A stretch of DNA of 64,000 bases from a candidate division FCPU426 bacterium. Lineage in GTDB: Bacteria > Oederibacteriota > Muellerivitia > Muellerivitales > Muellerivitaceae. Both the position numbers and the translations under genes were made by a program. Of this stretch, positions 28,474 to 37,400 are shown piece after piece. Numbering within the stretch: the stretch's first letter is position 1; the number at the start of each line of letters is the position of its first letter. Under the pieces are notes generated by a model. The model was given only the letters and a program-made list of their open reading frames with translations, was not told where the DNA came from and did not search any database. The stretch is taken from contig CAVRAL010000004.1 in the NCBI GenBank assembly GCA_963719085.1, positions 800,001-864,000 on the forward strand, given 5' to 3'.

Positions 28474-29091
28474 TCAGCGGGGGCTGAAAACGCCGACGAC
28501 TTTTCCCACGACCCTGAAATCTTGGCTTTCGGAAACGATAATGGGTTGGTATTTGGGGTTGGCCGGTTCCAGCCAAACCCGGGCTCCGGATTTACGGAAG
28601 GTTTTCACCGTGGCTTCGCCGTCGACCAAGGCCACCACAATCTCGCCGGGATTGGCGTGGGCGGTTTGCTGCACGATCAGTTTATCGCCGGGCAAAATAT
28701 GGGCGTTGATCATGGAATCGCCTTTGACCACCAGCGCGAACAAGGTGCGGCCGCCTCGGGCGAGGGACGGGTCCACCACCATGGTGCTGTCCCGATTTTC
28801 CACGGCCAGCAAGGGAAGCCCCGCGGCCACCTTACCTAATATAGGAATCGAAATTCCAACGGAAGAGTCATCGGACAAACGCAGTCCGCGGGCCGTGTGT
28901 TCCTCGCGTTCTAAATAGCCTTTTTCTTCCAGCGCCAAAAGATGCTTGCGCGCGCTTTGCGGGGAGTTCCATTTAAAGTGGCGCATGACTTCGCGCACGG
29001 TGGGCGGGCGGTGGTCGTCCATCAAATGCTGCTGCACATACTCAAGCACCAGCCGCTGGGTATCGGTTAAGGTTTCTTCGGAAGGGGCCAT
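28474..29091 (-). CDS. lexA: SOS repressor LexA
   Basis: PPTVRE winged helix, VAAG cleavage site, GDSM (catalytic Ser) and ATVK (catalytic Lys). Confidence 0.97.
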   Translation of the reverse strand: MAPSEETLTDTQRLVLEYVQQHLMDDHRPPTVREVMRHFKWNSPQSARKHLLALEEKGYLEREEHTARGLRLSDDSSVGISIPILGKVAAGLPLLAVENRDSTMVVDPSLARGGRTLFALVVKGDSMINAHILPGDKLIVQQTAHANPGEIVVALVDGEATVKTFRKSGARVWLEPANPKYQPIIVSESQDFRVVGKVVGVFSPR

Positions 29092-29112
29092 GGTCGTCTC
29101 CTAAAAATTTTT

Positions 29113-29163
29113 CTTGAAAAGAATACTCTTGTATACTAGTATACGCCCGTATTCTTGGTCAAG
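29113..29163. promoter_or_regulatory. Overlapping divergent lexA/radC promoters with two candidate LexA boxes
   Basis: Plus strand TTGAAA-N17-TAGTAT; minus strand TTGACC-N18-TAGTAT; boxes GAATAC-TCTT-GTATAC (29121-29136) and GTATAC-GCCC-GTATTC (29139-29154). Confidence 0.65.
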
Positions 29164-29180
29164 CAAAAAAGGAGAATCCG

Positions 29181-29906
29181 ATGACCCCTCTTTCCCTTGA
29201 AAAACAAGCCGATTCCACGCCGGGGGCTCCGGATGCGCCGGATTATCAGGGGCACCGCCAACGCCTCCGGGCCAAGTACGCTTTGTCGGGGGCTGAGGCC
29301 CTCCAAGATTACGAGCTGTTGGAGCTGATCCTTTCTTTTTCCATCCCGCACCGGGACACCAAGCCCTACGCCAAAAAATTGCTGGCGGCTTTTAAAAACT
29401 TAAAATCCATCTTGGAAGCCGATCTGGCCTCGCTTCAAAACTTGGGGGATTTGCCGCCCCAAAGCGCCCTTCAAGTGAAAGCCATGGGGGATCTTTTTAG
29501 GCTGCAGGCCCGCGAGGCTTTTAAGCGCGGGACGGTTTTAGGAAGCCCGGGGGAAGCGGCGTCTTTTTTCAGGGCCCAACTCGGAAGCCGGCCCAAAGAG
29601 GCTTTCGCGGCTTTTTTCTTGGATCACCGCAACCATTTGATCGCCTTTGAGATTTTGCAGCAAGGAACGGTGGACCAAACCGCCGTTTATCCCCGGGAAG
29701 TTTTAAAGCGCGCGCTCGACCTTCACGCCAGCGGCCTCATTTTGACGCACAACCATCCGGGCGGAAGTTTAGAGGCGTCCGAAGGCGACCGCCACCTGAC
29801 CCGGCAGCTTTCCACGGCCGCGCGGGCCATGGGGCTCACCATTCATGATCATTTAATCGTTACGGCGGAAGGGCATTTTTCGTTCCGGCAAGCGGGACTG
29901 CTGTAA
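29181..29906 (+). CDS. radC: RadC family JAB-domain protein
   Basis: GHRQRLR, DYELLEL, GTVD...VYPREV, HNHPGG...S..D and HDHLIV. Confidence 0.95.
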   Translation: MTPLSLEKQADSTPGAPDAPDYQGHRQRLRAKYALSGAEALQDYELLELILSFSIPHRDTKPYAKKLLAAFKNLKSILEADLASLQNLGDLPPQSALQVKAMGDLFRLQAREAFKRGTVLGSPGEAASFFRAQLGSRPKEAFAAFFLDHRNHLIAFEILQQGTVDQTAVYPREVLKRALDLHASGLILTHNHPGGSLEASEGDRHLTRQLSTAARAMGLTIHDHLIVTAEGHFSFRQAGLL

Positions 29907-29921
29907 AAAAAGGGGGAAGCC

Positions 29922-30272
29922 ATGGAAAAAACACGCAAGCTGTTGAAAGAGATCCTGCCGATGTTGGGCGCTTTTCGGGTGGAAAAAAAGCGATGGCCCC
30001 TTCACGCGGCTGAACTGCAGGCTTTCGCCTTTCACTTAAGAAAACCGCTGGACCTCGCCGGATTTCACCGGCTCAGCTTTAGGCCCCTCACTCCCGGCCA
30101 GTTGTCGGTGGACTACACCACGCTTCCGGGCGAGGATCTTTGGGCGGACCGGGGCCAGGCCGAGATTCATTTTTCAATGGAAGATCAAGAAGCGGATACC
30201 ATTCCCTTGAAGGTGCGGATGATATCGCTTCCGGCCCAGCAAGTGGAACTGCGCTCCTACTGCGCGATTTGA
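29922..30272 (+). CDS. Hypothetical protein downstream of radC
   Basis: ORF with a GGGGGA RBS, starting 15 nt after the radC stop; no family recognised. Confidence 0.6.
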   Translation: MEKTRKLLKEILPMLGAFRVEKKRWPLHAAELQAFAFHLRKPLDLAGFHRLSFRPLTPGQLSVDYTTLPGEDLWADRGQAEIHFSMEDQEADTIPLKVRMISLPAQQVELRSYCAI

Positions 30273-30293
30273 TTTAAAAATTTATTTTTGCGC

Positions 30294-30327
30294 AAAAAAA
30301 AAGCCGCCCCCTTACAGGGACGGCTTT
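30294..30327 (-). terminator. Rho-independent terminator for fabI, probably bidirectional
   Basis: Minus strand GCCGTCCCT-GTAA-GGGGGCGGC followed by nine T. Confidence 0.8.
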
Positions 30328-30352
30328 ATTTATTTAAAGATTTTATCCTAAA

Positions 30353-30389
30353 CCCTCGCCCCTTGAGGGAGAGGGCTAGGGTGAGGGGT
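30353..30389. repeat. CCCTCxCCC...GGGAGAGGG...GGGTGAGGGG palindromic element, family E
   Basis: CCCTCGCCCCTTGAGGGAGAGGGCTAGGGTGAGGGG immediately after the fabI stop. Confidence 0.65.
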
Positions 30390-30392
30390 GCC

Positions 30393-31199
30393 TTAAGAAG
30401 CCGCCGGGCCCTCCGCCTTCTTCTCGTCAAAATGCATTCCCACAATATTGGCGCCCGCGTCCACGTAAAGCACATCGCCGGTCACGCCCGAGGCCCAGGA
30501 ACTGGCCAGAAAGGTGGCCGTGGTGCCGACTTCATCCTGCGTGATGTTGCGCTTCAAGGGGTTCATGTCCTCGGCGGCCTTGAGCATGCTCTTGATGCCG
30601 CCGACGGCGGAGGCGGCCAGGGTCTTCAAAGGACCGGCGGAAATGGCGTTCACCCGGATTCCCTTGGCGCCCAAGTCGTAAGCCAGGTAGCGCACGGAGG
30701 CTTCCAGCGCGGCTTTGGCCACGCCCATGACGTTGTAATTGGGGATGACTTTTTGAGAGCCGTAATAAGTGAGGGCGATGATGCTGGCGCCCTCGTTGAG
30801 CAGGGGAACGGCGGGCCGGGTGATGGCGATCAAACTGTAGGCTGAAATATCCAGGGCCAATTGGAAGCCCGCGCGGCTGGTATTGGAAAAGGTTCCGGTC
30901 AGGTCATCTTTGTTGGCGAAAGCGATGCAATGGACCAGGATGTCGAATTTGCCCCAGGCTTTTTCCACTTCCTTATAGAGGGCCTCGATTTGGTCGTCCT
31001 TGCCCGCGTCGCAAGGCAGGATGAGTTTGGCTCCCACGGATTCGGCCAAGGGCCGCACGCGTTTTTCTAGGGCTTCTCCCAGGAAGTTAAAGCCCAGCTC
31101 CGCGCCTTCGGCGTGAAAGGCTTTGGCGATCGCCCAGGCGATGGAACGTTCGTTGGCCACCCCAAAGATGAAGGCTTTTTTTCCAGAAAGTAAACCCAT
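30393..31199 (-). CDS. fabI: Enoyl-ACP reductase (NADH)
   Basis: GVANERSIAWAIA, YNVMGVAKAALE and ISAGPLKTLA. Confidence 0.97.
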   Translation of the reverse strand: MGLLSGKKAFIFGVANERSIAWAIAKAFHAEGAELGFNFLGEALEKRVRPLAESVGAKLILPCDAGKDDQIEALYKEVEKAWGKFDILVHCIAFANKDDLTGTFSNTSRAGFQLALDISAYSLIAITRPAVPLLNEGASIIALTYYGSQKVIPNYNVMGVAKAALEASVRYLAYDLGAKGIRVNAISAGPLKTLAASAVGGIKSMLKAAEDMNPLKRNITQDEVGTTATFLASSWASGVTGDVLYVDAGANIVGMHFDEKKAEGPAAS

Positions 31200-31352
31200 G
31201 CGAACTCCTCCTAAAATGCTGAATAAAACGCCCCGCTACCTTAACTTTTTTTGACCCTAGATTAAAGCGCAAAATACCCCGCCAGGGCTTGGGTTATGGG
31301 AAAATAAGCCCGCTTTTTGTATAACCATCCTATTCTCCCTTCCGAGGTCAGT

Positions 31353-31643
31353 ATGCTCAAACATATCGTGATGTGGAAACTGAAGCCCGAAGCCTTAGGG
31401 CAAGCCCGCGAGATGAAAGTCCGGTTGGAAGCCTTAAGGGAGAAGATTCCCCAAATTTTGGAGCTGGAAGTGGGACTGCCGGTGAAGCCCGCCGAAGGCC
31501 AGCCGGACCTGGTGCTGGTGTCCCTCTTTCAAGATGAGGCGGCGCTGGAGACTTACCAAAAACATCCGGACCATCTGCCGGTGGTGGAGTTCGTAAAAAA
31601 AATCGCCGCTGAGCGCCGGGTGGTGGATTATTTAACCCGTTAA
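31353..31643 (+). CDS. Dabb family stress-responsive alpha/beta barrel
   Basis: MLKHIVMWKLK, IP.I..LEVG and YQKHPDH. Confidence 0.88.
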   Translation: MLKHIVMWKLKPEALGQAREMKVRLEALREKIPQILELEVGLPVKPAEGQPDLVLVSLFQDEAALETYQKHPDHLPVVEFVKKIAAERRVVDYLTR

Positions 31644-31655
31644 GAAAAATAGCTT

Positions 31656-31759
31656 TTCAACACAGGGTTACACGGAGGGAACCGAGTAAGACGTCTGGTA
31701 TTTTAGGAATTTTGTTCAATTTTAAAACTCTGAGTAACTCTGTTCACTCCGTGGTGAAA
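31656..31759. repeat. Intergenic palindromic element, family B, copy 2 (inverted relative to copy 1)
   Basis: 31720-31755 is the reverse complement of 26725-26760 at 35 of 36 positions. Confidence 0.88.
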
Positions 31760-31797
31760 TAGTCTTAGGGTTTCCGAAAAACGTAAAACCGAGGAAA

Positions 31798-32673
31798 ATG
31801 ATGCCGACTAAAAAATCCCCTGTCTCGAAAAATCCGAAGGTGAAAAAAAACGCCGCCCCTAAGGCTTCCGGCGCGGGCAAACCCTTAAGCGCGAAGCCGC
31901 TCAAGATCGCCACCTTCAACGCCAACTCCATCCGGGCCCGGCTCCCGATTCTTTTGGATTGGTTGAAAAAAGAACAGCCGGATGTTTTGGCGGTCCAAGA
32001 AACCAAAGTGCAGGATCACGAGTTTCCCAAAGAGGCGATCGAGGCCGAAGGATGGAAGGTCGTGTTTCACGGCCAAAAGAGCTACAACGGCGTGGCCTTT
32101 CTGTCGAAAGAGCCCCTTCAAGTGCTGGAAAACCGGCTTTATCCCAAGGAGGCCGAGGAACAGGCGCGGTTTTTGACGGTGGACTTCAAGGGCATCCGTC
32201 TTATCAATACCTATGTGCCCCAGGGTTTTGATATTGAGTCGGACAAGTACAAATACAAGATGAAGTTTTACGCCGACCTGAAAAAATATTTTGAGAAAAA
32301 CATCCCCGACGCGAAGCCGGCCCTTTGGATGGGGGATTTGAACGTGGCGCCGACCGAGATCGACTTGAATAATCCCAAGGGCAATTTGAACCATCCTTGC
32401 TACCACATTGACGCGCGCAACGCGTTGAAAGAAGCCATGGGAAGCAAGTGGACGGATTTATTCCGGGAGCAAGTGAAGGAGGGAGGACACTACACGTTTT
32501 GGGACATGCGCCAGCCTTCGGCTTTTGATCGAAACCTCGGTTGGCGCATTGATTTTATCTTGGGGACGAAGCCCATGGTCGAGCGCTTAAGCCGGATTTG
32601 GATCGATACCAAGCCCCGGGGCTTGGAGCGGCCCTCGGATCACACCTTTTTGGTGGCTGAATTCAAAGTTTGA
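31798..32673 (+). CDS. xth: Exodeoxyribonuclease III / AP endonuclease with a Lys-rich N-terminal extension
   Basis: ATFNANSIRAR, QETK, YNGVA, GDLN, GWRID and SDH. Confidence 0.96.
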   Translation: MMPTKKSPVSKNPKVKKNAAPKASGAGKPLSAKPLKIATFNANSIRARLPILLDWLKKEQPDVLAVQETKVQDHEFPKEAIEAEGWKVVFHGQKSYNGVAFLSKEPLQVLENRLYPKEAEEQARFLTVDFKGIRLINTYVPQGFDIESDKYKYKMKFYADLKKYFEKNIPDAKPALWMGDLNVAPTEIDLNNPKGNLNHPCYHIDARNALKEAMGSKWTDLFREQVKEGGHYTFWDMRQPSAFDRNLGWRIDFILGTKPMVERLSRIWIDTKPRGLERPSDHTFLVAEFKV

Positions 32674-32706
32674 GCCGCTTTTATCCCTTCGGTGGTGGTT
32701 TAAGCC

Positions 32707-32734
32707 ATTCCTAGCCCTATGGCTGGGATTTTTT
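32707..32734 (+). terminator. Putative terminator after xth
   Basis: TTCCTAGCC-CTAT-GGCTGGGA followed by a T-run. Confidence 0.55.
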
Positions 32735-32786
32735 CGTTCCTTTCCGAGGCCTCTTGTCCCGCAGGGCAATAAAGGTTGAACGTTAA

Positions 32787-32815
32787 TTGACGTCCCGGGT
32801 GATTGGGTGGATAAT
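32787..32815 (+). promoter_or_regulatory. Putative sigma70 promoter of the pilin cluster
   Basis: TTGACG-N17-GATAAT. Confidence 0.45.
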
Positions 32816-32932
32816 AAGGTTGTAAAAGTGTTGAACCAATAAACTTTTTCCTTTTCCCTCGTGGGGTTGCCGCTCCAAAGGTCGAAACATTTCCATGAAT
32901 TTAAAGCTTATTTGGTCAGGGAGCGGCGGGTC

Positions 32933-34429
32933 ATGAATTTTTTCTCTAAATTCCAATTTTTTCAACGAAAGCCCTCTCAAAAGACGGGCGGCGTTTCCTC
33001 GTCCCACTCTTTTCAGCAAGTCCAAAAAAACATAAAGTCCGGTGAAGGCCAAGCTTTGATCATGGCTGTTATTTTAAGCGTGGTGGCCGCCACCCTCATC
33101 ACGGTGGGCGGAAGGTTCATCCGGGACAGCCTGCGGCAATCCGAGCAGCAACAATTGTATGTGGCCCAAGCCGAGGACATGGCCCGCGCCGGTTTGGTGG
33201 ATACGCTGGGCTGGTTCCGCCGCCAACCGGGAATTGTCCAAGCTTGCGTCACCTGCCAGTTGGGAGCCGTCACCACTTATGGGGCCACCAACGCGATTGG
33301 GGTGACTTGCGGCCAACCGGATGACGCTTTCGCCCCCACCTTGAACGCTTCCGTTTCCGATACGGCTAATCCCGCCATCGGCATCGTGGAAGATATTCCG
33401 CTCGATAGCGCCATCAATACCGCGTCCGTCCATTTCGGCCGCTATGAGGTTCAAGTTCAGCCCAATCCTACGGCCACGGTAGGCGCGACCTTTATCTCCA
33501 ACGCGGTTCATGACACTAGCGGCACCCGGGTTTTGGGATCCATGAACGGCTTGGGCCAGTCCTGGCAGATCACCAGCTCCGCTTATATTTATAAAAGGCT
33601 CGACTACACCACGGGCAGTTATCCCGGTCCTTGGAACAAGGCTTACAACCAAAGTCCCAACGTGATTCTGGCCCGGGCCCGCATGTCGACCGAACTGCGC
33701 AAGATGAGCGTCAACTATCCCTACAACATCACCGCGGGCGTTTTCACGGACAAAGTTTCCAAGGTGAGCCTGGCCAACAACTACTCGCAAATTTCAGGAA
33801 CCTATAACTCTTCCAGCTTGGCCCTGGCGGCCATCGCGAACGGGGCCACGGCCAAAGTGAATCCAACCGGCGCCACCAGCACCAATTTTACGCCTTATAG
33901 TTCCGGCGCGGCCGGAGTCACCGTGATCAGCGGAAGCAACGTAATACCCCTTTCTTCCGACAGCGTTTTTGGCATGTCCTTAAACGACATTCAATTTATC
34001 GCCGACTACACGGGAAGCGCTTCTTCGCCCCTGACCATTGCCAACTCCTGGAAGCTTTCTTATTTCAGCGGCAACCTGACCTATTCGGCCAGCAGCACCC
34101 AAACCTGCTACCAAGGCATCGATACCGAAGGCATTTTGGTGGTGAACGGGAACCTTAGCATGAGCGGCGGCGTTTCCACCGCGATTTACCGGGGCGTCGT
34201 TTATGTGACGGGTAATTTGACCATGGGCGCCAATTCGGAAATTGACGGGGTGGTTTTTATGGGCTCACCCACCTCCACGACCGGCTCGGTTTCGATGACC
34301 GGCAATACGGGACAACAGGCCAGTATTTCTTACGATCCGGACCTGGTCAGCGAGGCCTTGACCAAGGTGGCGGTTTACCGGGAAAACATCAGCCAAAGAC
34401 AAATATTGTTTGGTGTGCCGAATCTTTAG
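32933..34429 (+). CDS. PilX/GspK-like minor pilin
   Basis: G|QALIMAVIL hydrophobic helix without E5, then QA...A.AG and C-terminal G.LVV.GNL / GVVYV.GNL repeats. Confidence 0.8.
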   Translation: MNFFSKFQFFQRKPSQKTGGVSSSHSFQQVQKNIKSGEGQALIMAVILSVVAATLITVGGRFIRDSLRQSEQQQLYVAQAEDMARAGLVDTLGWFRRQPGIVQACVTCQLGAVTTYGATNAIGVTCGQPDDAFAPTLNASVSDTANPAIGIVEDIPLDSAINTASVHFGRYEVQVQPNPTATVGATFISNAVHDTSGTRVLGSMNGLGQSWQITSSAYIYKRLDYTTGSYPGPWNKAYNQSPNVILARARMSTELRKMSVNYPYNITAGVFTDKVSKVSLANNYSQISGTYNSSSLALAAIANGATAKVNPTGATSTNFTPYSSGAAGVTVISGSNVIPLSSDSVFGMSLNDIQFIADYTGSASSPLTIANSWKLSYFSGNLTYSASSTQTCYQGIDTEGILVVNGNLSMSGGVSTAIYRGVVYVTGNLTMGANSEIDGVVFMGSPTSTTGSVSMTGNTGQQASISYDPDLVSEALTKVAVYRENISQRQILFGVPNL

Positions 34430-34439
34430 GAGAAAAGCC

Positions 34440-37400
34440 ATGAAACGATTAAGTCAAAAAGGTTTCAGCGTGGTGGAATTGGCCATCGCGGTCCTGATCA
34501 TGGGCGTGATGGTGGGAACCATCATGGGAGCCCGCACCTTCATGGCCAAGCAGACCCAAACCAATGCCGACAAGGCTTTCGCCACGGAAAAAGCCATCCA
34601 AATGTTTGAGGAGTTAAAGGCCTTGGCCAGCAGCAGTCAGCAGGGGATCGAGGTTTTGGACTCCTATACCAGCTCCAACTATGACCCGGTTTTGACGACC
34701 GATATCAATGTGGACGCCCCGACCACCGGCGTGGCCAACCCCTTGGATCCGCTGAGCCAGAACAAGGCCTATAGGGGTGGATGGCGTTTTGTGCGCAAGG
34801 TCCTCGTCCAAAATACGGGGGACGATTATACCCGGGTTGTTTATGTGTGGGTTTACGGAGCCATGGGCAATAGTTATACGTCCACCTCTAATTTGCCCCT
34901 TTTGGCCCAAGTGACCGGCATTGTGAGGACGAATAATTCGGTTCAAAGCCCGGCCCAAGTGTTGGATGTTTACCTGCTGGCTGTCCAAAACGTCCAGGGT
35001 TGGTGGTCCCAGGTGGATTCGCTTGAGAGCACCTATACCCAAATCATTAAAGACTTGCAGGACGTCAACAATAGCAGCATTTATATCAGGCCCCATTACA
35101 TCACCCGGCTTTCCTATGGCCGTGATCCCTACTACGCCCCCTATGTCAATGTGAGCCAAAATACGGTGAGCGATCCGGGCGCTTGGGTTTACCTCTATCC
35201 CGGTTCGGTTCCCAACGATTCCAACGTCAACCAGGAATTTTATGAGGGCGATGTGAACGGAGTGCTTCAAGCCGGCAGTTTCAATATCGACGGCACGATT
35301 TTAAACCCCTATTACTCCACCAGCGGCTCGCCCCAAACCATTAACTATTCGGTGGCCGACCAATATGACGATTCCATGCGGTACCCCGCCGAGCTGAACT
35401 TTTATAAAAGCGTGACCCAGGCCGCCGCCACCCAGTGCAACCAGACTTCCCTGGGGGTCACTGAAATCAGCGAACGGATGCTGCTGGATGGGATGAATAG
35501 CACGCCCCAATCCTTCGCCAACGCGCTCATTGTGAACCTGCACGGTGAAATGCTGCCCATGCCATCCATGCGTAATTATTCGGACGCGGCCAAGGATCCG
35601 GGCAACGTGATTTACGGCCATTCCGCGGTGACCCTAAACGGCGTTCCGGTAAGCGTGGCGGCTAAGGACGCGCGCGTGGTCACCCATCCGGAGCTTCTTT
35701 ATTATCCGACCACAGTTGTGAACGCCTCGGTGACCGTGCGGCTGCGCGTATACGCTTATTACGACGGACTGGATAGCTGCGCGGTCACGGGAACCGGCGG
35801 CGTGACCAACGTCAAGACCGGGGATCCCGAATTGCCGGCCATCAGCGTTTTTCTGCCGAACTATTACCTGCCTTACACCAGCGCTTCGACGGGGATGGCC
35901 CTCACGGACGTGAGCGGAAACTCCGCTGTGACTTATAAAGATATTGCCGTGACCTATTTGAGTACCGGAGCGAGCGCCGCGACTTTTGTTTCTTCGCTCA
36001 GTACCGACCCGGTGACCGCCGTGGTCTCCAACCCAACGACCCAAACCACCCTCATCACGCTTTATAACACCCGTCTGCGTTGCCCTTCCGGGCTTAACAA
36101 CACCGGCTTAAACCCCCTGAATCAACTCTACGGGTTGGAATATATCCCTTGCAGCGCGGATGTCACGGCACCGGTGACCACCCTGGCCAATCCGATTACC
36201 TTCACCAACCAGGACCTGTCCAGCACCACCGCCAACGTCCCCAAAAATACCGCCCGTTGGATCTTGCAGTTGAACTCCGTTCCCACGACCCTCTCCACTA
36301 CCGGCAATTGGCAGCCTCCGACCACGGGGAACCAGCCCCTTGTCATTGAAACCCGTATCGGCGCCGGCGTCACCACTTCGTCGGCTGGCGCGTCGTTTTC
36401 GGCGCTTCAGTCGGCGGGCGGCACGATTACGGGAACGACAATTGTAGTGAATGATGTTCCCACCAACGTATCCCAAACTTATGCCTGGCTGGGAACGGTG
36501 CCCCCGCCCTATACCGAACGGTTCCAATACACCGGTGATCCGCGGGATTGTCCTTACTTAGACGTGAAGGTGGGCGGACCGCAGGTATCCGGATTGGTGA
36601 CCATTGGGCCCTGCAGCTACAATTGGTGGTTCAAGGACATCACGAACGGCTCCACGGGTGTGGATGGTTACCTGGGCTTCCTCAATACGACGAACGCTTG
36701 GGCGGTCACGTCAGGGGGCCAAGCCCCCATCGCGATGAATGAGGACGTCCCCCGGTATCTTCAAACCCTCCGCAATGGCCTTTTGGCGACCACCTCGATT
36801 TGGAGCACGATCAACGGTTGGACCAATTACTACATGGGGTTCGGCGGCGAAATCGGTTATGACCAATCGCCTTTTTCCAACAGTGTCAGCTACAACGGTA
36901 CGCCTTGGTCCACCACGAAGACCGCCACCACCCGCACGGTTAATGAGATCGTCACCGAAAGTTGGGCCGGGGCTTCCTTTAAAACCTACAAGCGCATTCC
37001 CGCTAACGTGACCAACGCCGCCGGAGTCAAAACGGACATGTGGTACGCCAAGCCTTGGCTGGGCGAGCTTTATCCTGACAGCCAATTCGGCAGCTTCTGG
37101 TACACCTATGGAAACCTTCCCACGGCGGGAAGCACCCTGGTTGCCTCGTCCTTGAATCCGGTGACCTTTTACCGGGAAGACTCGGCGAATTTTAATAATA
37201 ACGTGTCGACTTACACCACGACCCAAGGTTTCATCAATGGGACCGAGTTGGGGAAATCCCCCGGCGCCTGGGGCTGCCAATCTTTCGGGGGCGGAACTCC
37301 CACCGGATTGACGAACGGCAATACCCTGGAACATGACGGAGGGGCCAATAATACCCAAACCGGAACCATCCTGAGCCTGGGGACAACCTGTTTCAGTATT

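Noticed and set aside
30288..30845. 185-aa plus-strand ORF
   Set aside because: Antisense to fabI and begins within a terminator and repeat region.
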